NCBI RefSeq assembly: GCF_000247565.1
Contig: NC_016893.1
Coordinates: 360,001 to 392,000 of the forward strand
Reading direction: 5' to 3'
DNA: 32,000 nt
Source: Wigglesworthia glossinidia endosymbiont of Glossina morsitans morsitans (Yale colony)
Lineage (GTDB): Bacteria > Pseudomonadota > Gammaproteobacteria > Enterobacterales > Enterobacteriaceae
The notes beneath the pieces are model-generated. The model did not search any database, was not told the origin of the DNA, and saw nothing but the letters and a program-made list of their open reading frames with translations. A program made the translations under genes and the position numbers. Each line of letters begins with the position of its first letter. Position 1 is the stretch's first letter. Positions 18,066-28,265 of this stretch are shown in pieces.

Positions 18066-18794
18066 CAGAAATAAATTGATAATTTTGAACATCGATTGAA
18101 TATAATAAGCAAATTTTAATAACATAGGTTATGATTAAATAAATACAATATTTATTTAAAATTATAAAATTTTTAATTGTATTTGTATGTGACTATTCTA
18201 ATATTATACTGTTTACTTAGTACACCTTGTCTATTTTAATATATATAATAAGTAATTATATTCTATATTAATAAATATTATTTTTGAAAAAAGAAATATA
18301 TTTATCTTTTTTTTTAAATAATTTAAAATTAAATTTTTAGTGATTAAAAAAATTATTTATAGTATAAACAATAGTCATTTAAATTTTATTTAAAAAAAAT
18401 TTTATATCTCTATATCATAAAATATTTTATAAGTGAACATTATTCATGTTTGAAAAAATTTTATGTAAATTCATAATTAAAATTTTTTTATAAATCTTTA
18501 TTAAAGATGACATACTCATATTTATTGTGAAAAATAAATTTAATAAATAAAAATACTCACAATATTAACAATTTTTTATATATTAAAAAACTTAAAAATG
18601 TTTATTTATAATTTATATGAAATATTAAAATTAAAATATATAAAATATTTTTTATTTTAAAATGTACAATTAAATTTTAATTACGTATTCTATGCAAATT
18701 TAAGCAAATAATATGCTTGTATAATTGGCGAGTAGGTAGAGATGTGTAAAATTTTATTTAAAAAATTTAAATAGTATGAAAAGCCGATTTTTAA

Positions 18795-18867
18795 TGCCCG
18801 AAGACGGAATCGAACCGTCGACACAAGGATTTTCAGTCCTTTGCTCTTCCAACTGAGCTATTCGGGC
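18795..18867 (-). tRNA. pheU: tRNA-Phe (anticodon GAA)
   Basis: The reverse complement GCCCGAATAGCTCAGTTGGAAGAGCAAAGGACTGAAAATCCTTGTGTCGACGGTTCGATTCCGTCTTCGGGCA is a 73-nt cloverleaf with anticodon loop CTGAAAA. It lies next to cutA, like pheU in E. coli. No CCA is encoded. Confidence 0.93.
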
Positions 18868-18999
18868 AAATAATTTTTGTAAATTTTTAATTTAAAAATC
18901 TTTTTGCTAAAAAACATTAAAAATTTTTAAAGTTTTAAGAATTTCGAACGTTATTTTAACATAGTTTAAAAAACTAGAAAATAATTATATGCTTAAATT

Positions 19000-19362
19000 C
19001 TAATATGCTATATTTTTTTTAATCCATCTTTTATAATTTTTTTCTATACTATCGGTAGACAACACAATAAGTTCTGGAATATCGTATGGATGCAAATTTT
19101 TAATTGCTGTAAAAATATGATTTTTTAACATCAAATTACTTTTTATTAAAATTTGTACTTCTTTTTTTTTTGTTAAAGTGTTATTCCAATAGTAAAATGA
19201 AGTAGCTCCTGATAATTGTGTAATACAAGCCGCTAATTTATTTTTTAATAAATACTTAATGCTAGATTGTGCAGATTCAAAATCTGGGAAAGTGCATAAC
19301 ACTATACAGATAGTGCTTTTTTTTAGAATTATATTTTGAGATAAATTATGCGTATTATTCAT
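19000..19362 (-). CDS. cutA: Divalent-cation tolerance protein CutA
   Basis: 120 aa. IVLCTFPD...LAACITQLSGATSFYYW......HPYDIPELIVL is collinear with E. coli CutA (VVVLCTAPD...LAACATLIPGATSLYYW...HPYQTPELLVL). Confidence 0.88.
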   Translation of the reverse strand: MNNTHNLSQNIILKKSTICIVLCTFPDFESAQSSIKYLLKNKLAACITQLSGATSFYYWNNTLTKKKEVQILIKSNLMLKNHIFTAIKNLHPYDIPELIVLSTDSIEKNYKRWIKKNIAY

Positions 19363-19429
19363 ATTCGTTTCTCTTTTAAAGTATAAAACTGACTTAAATC
19401 ATATCATTAAACAACTTTTATAATGAATT

Positions 19430-20866
19430 TTATGCTAAAATATCGTCTGAATTCTTTTTTATCTTGTACTGAGGATGTATCAAATTTTGAAAAGAAAAAA
19501 TGTTATTAATTTCTTTTTCTGTTAGAAAACCTTTTTCTAACACAACTTCTTTTACACTTTTACCACTTTCAGAGCAAATTTTTCCAATAATATCCCCGTT
19601 ATGATGACCGATAAACGGATTTAAATAAGTCACTATGCCAATAGAATTGGATACGTATGATTCACAAATTTTTTTATTCACAGTAATTCCATCTATACAG
19701 CGATCTTTTAGAGATTGCATAGCATTTTTTAAAATATTGATGGATTCAAAGATGGCTTGACTGATTACAGGTTCCATAGCATTTAATTGTAATTGACCAG
19801 CTTCTGCAGCCATTGTTACGCAAGTATCATTTCCGAAAACTTTAAAACATACTTGATTCACTACTTCTGGTAATACAGGATTAATTTTAGCAGGCATAAT
19901 AGAAGAACCAGCTTGTAATTCAGGTAAATTAATTTCATTCAATCCAGATCTCGGACCAGAAGACAATAGTCTCAAATCATTACAAATTTTAGATAATTTA
20001 ACAGCTAATGTTTTTAAACCTCCATGAACAGTAGAATATATGCCACAATCATAATTTGCTTCAATTAAATCTTTAGCTGGGATACATGGTATACCACTAA
20101 TTTGAGAAAGTTTTTTGACAACAACTTTTTGATATCCTTTAGGAGTATTTAATTTAGTGCCAATTGCAGTTCCTCCAAGATTGACCTGTAACAAAAGTTT
20201 CGCAATATATAACAGATTCATTTTTTCTTTTTTTAAAGATGTGTTAAAAGCATAAAATTCTTGACCTAAAGTCATTGGAACGGCATCTTGTAATTGAGTG
20301 CGGCCCATTTTGATTATTTTAGAAAATTCTTTCGCTTTATTTTTTAAACTAGATGTTAAATATGTAATCGTTTTAATTAATTGTATTAAAGATGTATAAA
20401 TTGCTAATCTTAATCCTGTAGGATACGCATCATTTGTAGATTGACTAAGATTTAAATGATCATTAGGATGTAAAAATTGATATTCTCCTTTTTTATGACC
20501 CATAATTTCTAAACCAATATTAGCTAAAACTTCATTAATATTCATATTTACTGAAGTTCCCGCACCACCTTGAAACGCATCTATTGGAAATTGATTATAT
20601 ATATTGTTTTTACTTAAAAGTTGATCGCATGAAGCAAAAATAATTTTTGCAATTTCTTGAGACAAAATTTGAAATTCTAAATTAGCTATTGCTGATGCTT
20701 TTTTTACTATCACCATACTGCGTATTAGTTCTGGATAATCGTTTATAGTCATTTGACTAATTTTAAAATTTTCACTAGCGCGTAGTGTATGAATTCCGTA
20801 ATAAGCTGTATGGGGAATTTCTCGTGTCCCAATAAGATCTTTTTCAATACGAACAGAATTTGACAT
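19430..20866 (-). CDS. aspA: Aspartate ammonia-lyase (aspartase)
   Basis: 478 aa, near full-length collinear with E. coli AspA (MSN..RIE.DL.GTRE.P..AYYG.HTLRA.ENF). It carries the fumarate-lyase signature [12 protein letters not shown]. The C-terminal [20 protein letters not shown] is specific to AspA rather than FumC. Confidence 0.93.
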   Translation of the reverse strand: MSNSVRIEKDLIGTREIPHTAYYGIHTLRASENFKISQMTINDYPELIRSMVIVKKASAIANLEFQILSQEIAKIIFASCDQLLSKNNIYNQFPIDAFQGGAGTSVNMNINEVLANIGLEIMGHKKGEYQFLHPNDHLNLSQSTNDAYPTGLRLAIYTSLIQLIKTITYLTSSLKNKAKEFSKIIKMGRTQLQDAVPMTLGQEFYAFNTSLKKEKMNLLYIAKLLLQVNLGGTAIGTKLNTPKGYQKVVVKKLSQISGIPCIPAKDLIEANYDCGIYSTVHGGLKTLAVKLSKICNDLRLLSSGPRSGLNEINLPELQAGSSIMPAKINPVLPEVVNQVCFKVFGNDTCVTMAAEAGQLQLNAMEPVISQAIFESINILKNAMQSLKDRCIDGITVNKKICESYVSNSIGIVTYLNPFIGHHNGDIIGKICSESGKSVKEVVLEKGFLTEKEINNIFSFQNLIHPQYKIKKNSDDILA

Positions 20867-21606
20867 GATCGATCCTCGATAGTAATATAATAATACACAT
20901 TATGTTATTCTAAATTAAATGTACGAAGCACTTTTTATTTTAAATAAATAAAAATTTTATTAACTTTATTTTTGAATTATTATTTTTATAGTATTTAAAA
21001 AAATTTAAACATATATAAAAAAAATAAAAATCTTTTAAAATTATCAAACACTTAGTTGGGAATGATTTAATTTTTATTATTAATTATATTTGTAAAAAAT
21101 ATTTAATTTATAAAAATTAATCAATATTTAAAAAAATTTAATGCAATTTTAAATTTTTATTCAAAAATAAAAAATTAAAATCTTCTTTTTATTATTTATC
21201 ATAATATTTTTAAAAAAATCGATAATAACTATTCGATTTAAAAAAATAATTAAATTATAACTATTATAATAATAAATAAAAAATAATTTAATTAAGTTAG
21301 TAAAAAATAAAAATAATTTTAATAAATCAAATTATATTTTTTTTTAAAATATAATGTAATTATATTAAATTTTTTTTCAGTTTTTATTAAATTAAATAAA
21401 TCTTGTTTATTTTTTAGAAAATTTAAAATAAATACTTACTATTTAAGATACATTTAAAAATTTATTGTTATCAGTAAATAAAAAGTTGAAATAATATTTT
21501 AAATATTAATATTTAATTTGATAAATTTCAACTTTATACATTGTTAAAAAAAATTATAAATTTATTCAATAAATAAATGTATTAATTTATTTTTTAAATA
21601 ACAATT

Positions 21607-22434
21607 TTAAGAGATATCTGCATGTAATATTTTATTAATTTTTATTTTTTTTTTAGTATAACAGTCGGTTTTTTTAATAATAACAGCGCAACTTATATTA
21701 AATTTTTTGTTCTCAGAAGGTAAGCTACCTGGAATTACAACTGAACCGCTAGGTACGCGTCCATAGTAAATTTTTTGATGCATAGCATCATAAATTTTTG
21801 TACTTTTTCCAATAAAAACGCCCATAGAAATTACTGAATTAGATTCTATAATTACGCCTTCTACAATTTCTGAACGGGCTCCAATAAAACAATTGTCTTC
21901 GATGATAGTTGGATCGGATTGTAATGGTTCTAAAACACCACCAATTCCTACGCCTCCTGAAATATGTACATTTTTGCCAATTTGTGCACATGATCCAATA
22001 GTAGACCAAGTATCTATTGTAGATCCTTCGTCTATATATGCACCGATATTAATATATGATGGCATTAATACGCTATTTTGAGAAATAAATGCACCTTTAC
22101 GCACGCAAGCATTAGGAACCACTCTAATGTTTGCACATTTAAAATCTGAATAATTCCATCTAGAAAATTTCATTTCTATTTTATCAAAAAATCGCATATT
22201 TTCTGAAATAATTAAATGATTTTTAAAAATATGAAATGCAAGTAATATTGCTTTTTTTATCCATTTATGTGTAATCCATATTCCATTTTTTTTTTCCGCT
22301 ACTCTGATTTTACCTTTATCTAGTAAATTAATTACAGTAGTCACTGTTTTTTTTAAAATTGGACAAATGTTCTTTGATTTAAGAGAATTTTGATTTTTAA
22401 ATGCAGTATTAATTATTTTTTTTAAATTATTCAT
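21607..22434 (-). CDS. dapD: Tetrahydrodipicolinate N-succinyltransferase
   Basis: Collinear with E. coli DapD: LMPSYINIGAYIDEG, SCAQIGKNVHISGGVGIGGVLEPLQ..PTIIEDNCFIGARSE. The ATG at 22434 (MNNLKKIINTAF) matches E. coli MQQLQNIIETAF. The track's TTG at 22452 is six codons upstream. Confidence 0.93.
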   Translation of the reverse strand: MNNLKKIINTAFKNQNSLKSKNICPILKKTVTTVINLLDKGKIRVAEKKNGIWITHKWIKKAILLAFHIFKNHLIISENMRFFDKIEMKFSRWNYSDFKCANIRVVPNACVRKGAFISQNSVLMPSYINIGAYIDEGSTIDTWSTIGSCAQIGKNVHISGGVGIGGVLEPLQSDPTIIEDNCFIGARSEIVEGVIIESNSVISMGVFIGKSTKIYDAMHQKIYYGRVPSGSVVIPGSLPSENKKFNISCAVIIKKTDCYTKKKIKINKILHADIS

Positions 22435-22473
22435 TATAAATATTCTATGCAAATTTAGTTATCTCGTGATATA

Positions 22474-23250
22474 TTATATTAATATATTTTCATATGAACG
22501 CAGCGTCATTACTTTGCTCCCATTTTGTGTCACTAAAATAGTATGTTCGTATTGCGCAGATAAACTTCCATCTCTAGTTTTTACGGTCCAACCGTCAGGC
22601 ATTGTATATACGTAACGCGATCCTGCATTAATCATAGGTTCTACTGTAAATATCATGCCTGGTTTTAATATTATTTCTTGATCATAAGCATCATAATGTA
22701 ATATTTGTGGGGGTTCGTGAAAATTTTTTCCAATACCATGTCCGCAGTATTCTCTTACTACTGAATAATTATTAGATTCGACATATTGTTGAATTATTTT
22801 TCCAATTTCTCTCAATTTTATACCTGGACGAATACTTTTAATAGCTAAATATAAACTTTTTTTTGCTATTTTACATAGATGTAATCCTTTGGTATTTTCT
22901 GTATCAACACAAAACATTTTTGATGTATCACCATAATATCCATCCTTCACTATCGCAACATCAATATTTAAAATATCTCCTGAATTTAATATGGTTTTTT
23001 GATTTGGAATACCATGACAAACTACGTCATTAATTGAAATGCATACTGATTTTGGAAAGCCACAGTATCCTAGTGCTGCAGGAAAAGCATTTTGATTCTC
23101 TGTAATATATTTATGGCATATTGAATTTAATTCTTCCGTACTAATACCTGGTTTAATATGTTTAGAAATCTTTTCTAATATTTTTGCTGCTATTGTACAA
23201 GATTGTTGTATTTTAAAAATATCATATGATGATTTAATATCAATAGACAT
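22474..23250 (-). CDS. map: Methionine aminopeptidase type I
   Basis: Collinear with E. coli Map: GYCGFPKSVCISINDVVCHGIP, GDTSKMF, REYCGHGIG..FHE.PQ.LHY, SAQYEHTI. The ATG at 23250 (MSIDIKS) aligns with E. coli MAISIKT. Alternative starts are the ATG at 23259 and the TTG at 23280. Confidence 0.92.
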   Translation of the reverse strand: MSIDIKSSYDIFKIQQSCTIAAKILEKISKHIKPGISTEELNSICHKYITENQNAFPAALGYCGFPKSVCISINDVVCHGIPNQKTILNSGDILNIDVAIVKDGYYGDTSKMFCVDTENTKGLHLCKIAKKSLYLAIKSIRPGIKLREIGKIIQQYVESNNYSVVREYCGHGIGKNFHEPPQILHYDAYDQEIILKPGMIFTVEPMINAGSRYVYTMPDGWTVKTRDGSLSAQYEHTILVTQNGSKVMTLRSYENILI

Positions 23251-23503
23251 GCGCAACATCCGTATTGAAGTAAATATCAATTTTAAAAAATATTTTATTT
23301 TTATCAGATAAAATTGATCTTTGCTGAAATTTAATTAATTATTTTATAATATGAATATACTAAATTTTAAATAAAATTAAATATTTTTTTTAAATTTTTA
23401 TTAACATTTTGCTGATACAATATGTATATTTAACACTAAAAATCAGTTTAATTGAACATTGTTTGTTTTATTTTTATTTTGAATTAAAATCAAGGATAAA
23501 AAA

Positions 23504-24217
23504 ATGATAAATTTATCTATACGAAATATGATTCAATCAGGTGTACATTTCGGACACCAATCTCGTTACTGGAATCCAAATATGAAACCTTTTATTTTTG
23601 GAAAAAAAAACAAGATACATATTATTGATTTAGAAAAAACGTTGATTATGCTTAATCAAGCTATGCTAGAACTAGCTAAAATATCGCGCCGAGGTGGAAA
23701 AATTTTGTTTGTCGGTACTAAACGAGCTGCATCAAAATCTATAAAAAAATTTGCTAAAGATTGCAACCAATTTTTCGTGCATCATAGATGGTTAGGAGGT
23801 ATGTTAACAAATTGGAAAACTGTAAGACAGTCTATTCGATACTTAAAAGATCTTGAAATACAATCTCAAGATGGAACATTTGAAAAATTAACTAAACGTG
23901 AAGCTTTAATTAGAACACGTACTTTAAATAAATTAGAAAATAGTTTAGGTGGAATTAAACATATGGGTGGTTTACCTGATGCACTTTTTATTATTGATGC
24001 AGAATATGAAAAGATCGCTATACAGGAAGCATATAAGTTGGGTATTCTTACATTTGCCGTAGTTGATACAAACTCAAACCCTGAGAAAGTTAACTTTATT
24101 ATTCCAGGAAACGATGATGCGATACGTGCCATTAATTTATATTTATCTGTTGCTGCACAAACTGTTCAAAAAGCAAAATTAAATAAATCAGACGAATTAA
24201 GTCAAAAGTATATTTAA
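23504..24217 (+). CDS. rpsB: 30S ribosomal protein S2
   Basis: [40 protein letters not shown] matches the E. coli S2 N-terminus. It is divergent from map, as in E. coli. Confidence 0.96.
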   Translation: MINLSIRNMIQSGVHFGHQSRYWNPNMKPFIFGKKNKIHIIDLEKTLIMLNQAMLELAKISRRGGKILFVGTKRAASKSIKKFAKDCNQFFVHHRWLGGMLTNWKTVRQSIRYLKDLEIQSQDGTFEKLTKREALIRTRTLNKLENSLGGIKHMGGLPDALFIIDAEYEKIAIQEAYKLGILTFAVVDTNSNPEKVNFIIPGNDDAIRAINLYLSVAAQTVQKAKLNKSDELSQKYI

Positions 24218-24265
24218 AATATTTATATTATTCTAAACAAGTTTTTTATTATTAGGTTAATTACT

Positions 24266-25072
24266 ATGAAAAATAAAATCTCTTCACTCGTAAAAATTAT
24301 GAGAGAACGTACTAATTTAGGAATTTTAGAATGTAAAAAATCGTTAATAAAAGCTGATGGCGACATTGATCTTGCAATACAATATGCACGAAAATCAGGA
24401 TTAATAATATCAAAACAAAAACATTCTATTCAATCTATAAATAGCGGTATTATTTTATCAAAAATAAATAAAGAAAAAAAAATTGGTATACTTGTTGAAA
24501 TAAATAGCGAAACTGATTTTGTTGCAAAAAATTTAATTTTTGAAACTTTTGGAAGTGAACTGGCTTATACAGCACTTAAAAAAAGAATTTCAGATATTGA
24601 TATTTTGAGAAATTTATTCAAAAATAAAATAGAGTCTTTAACTTTACAATTCGGAGAAAATATTAATATCAGACGCATAAAATTATTGTGTGGCGAAAAC
24701 TTAGCTTCTTATATGCACTTTCAAAAAATCGGAGTCATAGTTGATTATAGTAATATAGATGAAAAATTAAATCAAAAAATTGCCATGCATATAGCGGCAA
24801 GTAATCCTAAATACATTAATGTTAATTGCATTCCAAAATATATAATAGATCAAGAATATAAAATATATTTAGAATATGCTTTAAATTTAAGAAAATCACA
24901 AATAATTGCTGAAAAAATTGCTCATGGTCGTATGCAAAAATTTTTTGAAAGTGTTGCACTAGAAGAGCAAAATTTTATTTTTAATCCTGAAAAAAAAATT
25001 AAATCTATTTTAGATAAAAATAATATATGTGTTATTAATTTTATTAGATTTGAATTAGGAGAAAAATATTAG
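24266..25072 (+). CDS. tsf: Translation elongation factor Ts
   Basis: 268 aa. SLVK..RERT..G...CKK.L..A.GDIDLAI...RKSG, E.NSETDFVAKN and GENINIRR are collinear with E. coli EF-Ts. It follows rpsB. Confidence 0.92.
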   Translation: MKNKISSLVKIMRERTNLGILECKKSLIKADGDIDLAIQYARKSGLIISKQKHSIQSINSGIILSKINKEKKIGILVEINSETDFVAKNLIFETFGSELAYTALKKRISDIDILRNLFKNKIESLTLQFGENINIRRIKLLCGENLASYMHFQKIGVIVDYSNIDEKLNQKIAMHIAASNPKYINVNCIPKYIIDQEYKIYLEYALNLRKSQIIAEKIAHGRMQKFFESVALEEQNFIFNPEKKIKSILDKNNICVINFIRFELGEKY

Positions 25073-25512
25073 TTTAATTTTATAAATAAAAAATTCTAAT
25101 TTATTTTAAAAATCAAATATATTACAATTAAGATTTACAGTTTTTAAATTATATATATAAATTTCGTTATGTTATTTTCATTAATAAATTTAAAAGATGA
25201 AAATATAAATTAATTTTACATAAAAAATTAATTTATATTTATATGAAAAAAATTTTTTTTATATAAAACTATTTTATATAAAAATTTTTAATTTATATTT
25301 ACATAAATATTATTTTAAATAAAAATAAAATTTTACTCTTTTTTTTAAAAAAAAATAAGATGATAACGTGAACAGTATAAATATTAAGTATATAAAAAAA
25401 TTTTTTTAAAGTTTTATTTAATGAATTTAAGATACACACCAATTATTTACAAAATATTTGTTATTATATAGAATTATAGTATTTAATAACTTATTTATTT
25501 CAGGGAAATAGT

Positions 25513-26073
25513 GTGATTCGCGAGATTTATAAAAATGCAAATTTACGCATGAAAAAATCAATAAATTTTTTTATAGAAAACATTTCTAAAATTCGTACCG
25601 ATCGAGCTTCTCCCGAATTAATAAATAATATTCAAGTAGATTACTTCGGGAAAAAATTACCCCTAAATAAATTATCTAGAATTATGATAGAAAATTGGAA
25701 TACCTTAGTGTTAACAATTTTTGATGCAAATAATATTAAAAAAATTGAACAAGCTATTTTGTCTACAAATCTTGGGTTAACACCAAAAATATATCATAAT
25801 TCTATTCGCGTAATCTTTCCGAAATTAACTGAAGAACGTCGATTAAAATTAATACAATTAATTCGAAAAGAATCAGAAAAAAATATTATATCTGTTCGAA
25901 ACATTCGTCGCAATATCAATGAAAAAATAAAATATTTAACTAAAAAAAGTATAATTAACAAAGATGAAGAAAAAAAATTTCAAAACCAAATTCAAAAATT
26001 AACTAACGATACAATACAAGAAATAAAAAAACTGCTTTTAAAGAAAGAAAATGATCTTAATTTAAAAAATTAA
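25513..26073 (+). CDS. frr: Ribosome recycling factor
   Basis: GTG start preceded by GGGAA. ISKIRTDRASPELINNIQVDYFG and LTEERR..L....R.E.E...I.VRN.RR..N.K are collinear with E. coli Frr. Confidence 0.92.
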   Translation: MIREIYKNANLRMKKSINFFIENISKIRTDRASPELINNIQVDYFGKKLPLNKLSRIMIENWNTLVLTIFDANNIKKIEQAILSTNLGLTPKIYHNSIRVIFPKLTEERRLKLIQLIRKESEKNIISVRNIRRNINEKIKYLTKKSIINKDEEKKFQNQIQKLTNDTIQEIKKLLLKKENDLNLKN

Positions 26074-26178
26074 ATTTTTTTTAAAAATAACTTCGATTAA
26101 AAAAATAAATTAATATAAAAAATTTTTATACAAATTTATTATTTTTTAAATAATTCTGTTTTGTTTATAAAACTTAAT

Positions 26179-27390
26179 ATGAAAACTAAAAGTATAACAA
26201 TTTTGGGAAGTACCGGTTCAATTGGAATTAATACTTTAGATATAATCAATAAAAATTTGGACATATTTTCAATTTATGCACTGATAGCATATGGAAATAA
26301 TATAGATTTAATGACTCATCAGTGTTTAAAATATCAACCAAATTACGTATGTACTATAAATTCATTATCTGCCAAATTACTTCAAAATAATTTATTATAT
26401 CATAAATGCAGAACATCTGTTTTATTTGGATCAAAAAATGCATGTCAATTATCTTCTTCAGAAGATATGGATACTTTAGTAGCTGCTACAGTAGGACTAT
26501 CTGGAATATTCTTTATATTTGCTGCAATTAAATCAGGAAAAAAAATACTTTTAGCAAATAAAGAAATTTTAGTATCATGTGGTGACTTTTTTATGAAACA
26601 AATAAAAAAATATGATGCATTTTTATGCCCAATAGATAGCGAACATAACGCTATTTTCCAAAGTTTACCTATCAATATGCAGAAAAAGTTAGGTGATTGT
26701 GAATTATTAGAAAAATGTAAAATTTCTGGAATTATTTTAACCGGTTCTGGAGGACCTTTCAGAAAAGTTCCTTTGGATAATTTGCACACAATGACACCGC
26801 AGCAAGCATGTGCACATCCAAATTGGAGTATGGGTAAAAAAATTTCTATAGATTCTGCTACTATGATGAATAAAGGACTCGAGTATATTGCAGCACGTTT
26901 ATTATTTCAAGCTAATCCAGAACAAATTGAAATACTACTGCACCCACAATCTATTATTCATGCTATGGTAAGATATATTGACGGTAGTATATTTGCTCAT
27001 ATGAGTATGCCCGATATTAAAACTTCTATTGCCTATGGATTAGGTTATCCCGAACGTATATTTTCTGGTACTACAGAAATAAATTTTTTTCAATTAAATC
27101 ATTTAAATTTCGAACATATTAGTAAAAAAAGATATCCTTGTTTTTATTTAGCCATCAAAGCAAGTGAGTACGGGCAAGGAGAAATTATAACATTAAATGC
27201 TACAAATGAAGTTGCAGTAGAATCTTTTTTATTGAATCAAATTAAATTTACAGACATTGCAAAAATTAATGAATATGTTTTAGAAACATTCAAAATATCG
27301 CAACCTAATAATATAGAAGAAATTTTGTTTATTGATACACAAGTTCGTAAATATACGAATCAATATATTAAATTAAACAAGTTTAATTAA
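26179..27390 (+). CDS. dxr: 1-deoxy-D-xylulose-5-phosphate reductoisomerase
   Basis: ITILGSTGSIG, LLANKE, IDSEHNAIFQSLP, LTGSGGPFR, HPNWSMGKKISIDSATMMNKGLEYI and HPQSIIHAMVRY are collinear with E. coli Dxr. The ATG at 26179 aligns with E. coli Met1. The track's TTG at 26161 is six codons upstream. Confidence 0.94.
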   Translation: MKTKSITILGSTGSIGINTLDIINKNLDIFSIYALIAYGNNIDLMTHQCLKYQPNYVCTINSLSAKLLQNNLLYHKCRTSVLFGSKNACQLSSSEDMDTLVAATVGLSGIFFIFAAIKSGKKILLANKEILVSCGDFFMKQIKKYDAFLCPIDSEHNAIFQSLPINMQKKLGDCELLEKCKISGIILTGSGGPFRKVPLDNLHTMTPQQACAHPNWSMGKKISIDSATMMNKGLEYIAARLLFQANPEQIEILLHPQSIIHAMVRYIDGSIFAHMSMPDIKTSIAYGLGYPERIFSGTTEINFFQLNHLNFEHISKKRYPCFYLAIKASEYGQGEIITLNATNEVAVESFLLNQIKFTDIAKINEYVLETFKISQPNNIEEILFIDTQVRKYTNQYIKLNKFN

Positions 27391-27503
27391 CTAATTTTTT
27401 AAAATTTAAAATAAAAATTATTTAATTAAAAAGAACAATATAAAGAGTATTAAATATACAAATATTCATAAATAAATTTAATATCAACATTTTCAGGATA
27501 AAA

Positions 27504-28241
27504 ATGTTATTAGAACAACATAATATTATTAATCAACCACGGCATATTGCCATCATAATGGATGGAAATGGACGTTGGGCAAACAATAGAGGAAAAATGC
27601 GTATATTTGGTCATAAAGCAGGATTAGAATCAGCAAAACGTGCTGTAAATTTTGCAATAAAACATCGTTTTAATGCACTAACTCTATATGCGTTTAGCAG
27701 TGAGAATTGGAATAGACCCAAACAAGAAGTTTCTGATTTAATGGAATTGTTTTTATATTCATTGAACCATACAATACATAGTTTACAAAAAAATAACGTG
27801 CGATTAAAAATTATCGGAGATATTTCGCAATTTAATTTACGATTACAAAAATATATTAAAAAAACTGAACAATTGACACATAAAAATAACGGTTTAAATT
27901 TAAATATTGCTGCTAATTATGGAGGAAGATGGGATATTATACAAGGCGTAAAAAAAATTGTTGATAAAGTGCAAAAAGGTAGTTTATATCCTGAGCAAAT
28001 CAATGAATCTATTTTTTGTAAATTAATTTCTATGAATGAACTAATGCCAGTAGATTTAGTTATTAGAACAGGAGGAGAATATCGCATTAGTAATTTTTTA
28101 CTTTGGCAAATTGCATATTCCGAATTGTTTTTTACTGATGTATTATGGCCTGATTTTAATCATGATATTTTTTCTAGTGCTATTAGCTCTTTTTTAAAAC
28201 GCAAACGTCGATTCGGTCATATAGAACAAACTGTAATGTAA
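27504..28241 (+). CDS. uppS: Undecaprenyl diphosphate synthase
   Basis: HIAIIMDGNGRWA, FGHKAG, LTLYAFSSENWNRP, NIAANYGGRWDI and DLVIRTGGE.RISNFLLWQIAYSELFFTDVLWPDF are collinear with E. coli UppS. Confidence 0.95.
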   Translation: MLLEQHNIINQPRHIAIIMDGNGRWANNRGKMRIFGHKAGLESAKRAVNFAIKHRFNALTLYAFSSENWNRPKQEVSDLMELFLYSLNHTIHSLQKNNVRLKIIGDISQFNLRLQKYIKKTEQLTHKNNGLNLNIAANYGGRWDIIQGVKKIVDKVQKGSLYPEQINESIFCKLISMNELMPVDLVIRTGGEYRISNFLLWQIAYSELFFTDVLWPDFNHDIFSSAISSFLKRKRRFGHIEQTVM

Positions 28242-28265
28242 GATTAAAAATTATAGGAGAAAATT

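Noticed and set aside
21216-21239. Inverted repeat AAATCGA-N10-TCGATTT, flanked by A-runs, in the aspA-dapD desert.
   Set aside because: The arms are only 7 bp, there is no adjacent gene end or start to give it a role, and its significance is marginal.
23281-23503. Attempted -35/-10 promoter calls in the divergent map-rpsB spacer and in other spacers.
   Set aside because: In DNA that is 90% A+T, TATAAT-like and TTGACA-like hexamers occur every few bases. Apart from the marC-proximal case, which is supported by an independent GC-rich palindrome, I cannot support any specific promoter from sequence alone.
25201-25310. Direct repeats in the tsf-frr spacer. TTAATTTATATTTA occurs at 25228 and 25288, and TTTACATAAA-like motifs at about 25214 and 25298. 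They suggest a tandem or dispersed repeat.
   Set aside because: The region is essentially a two-letter (A/T) sequence. My rough estimate is that a 14-nt exact repeat within 440 bp is expected several times by chance (2^-14 times about 1e5 position pairs). There is no higher-order periodicity.
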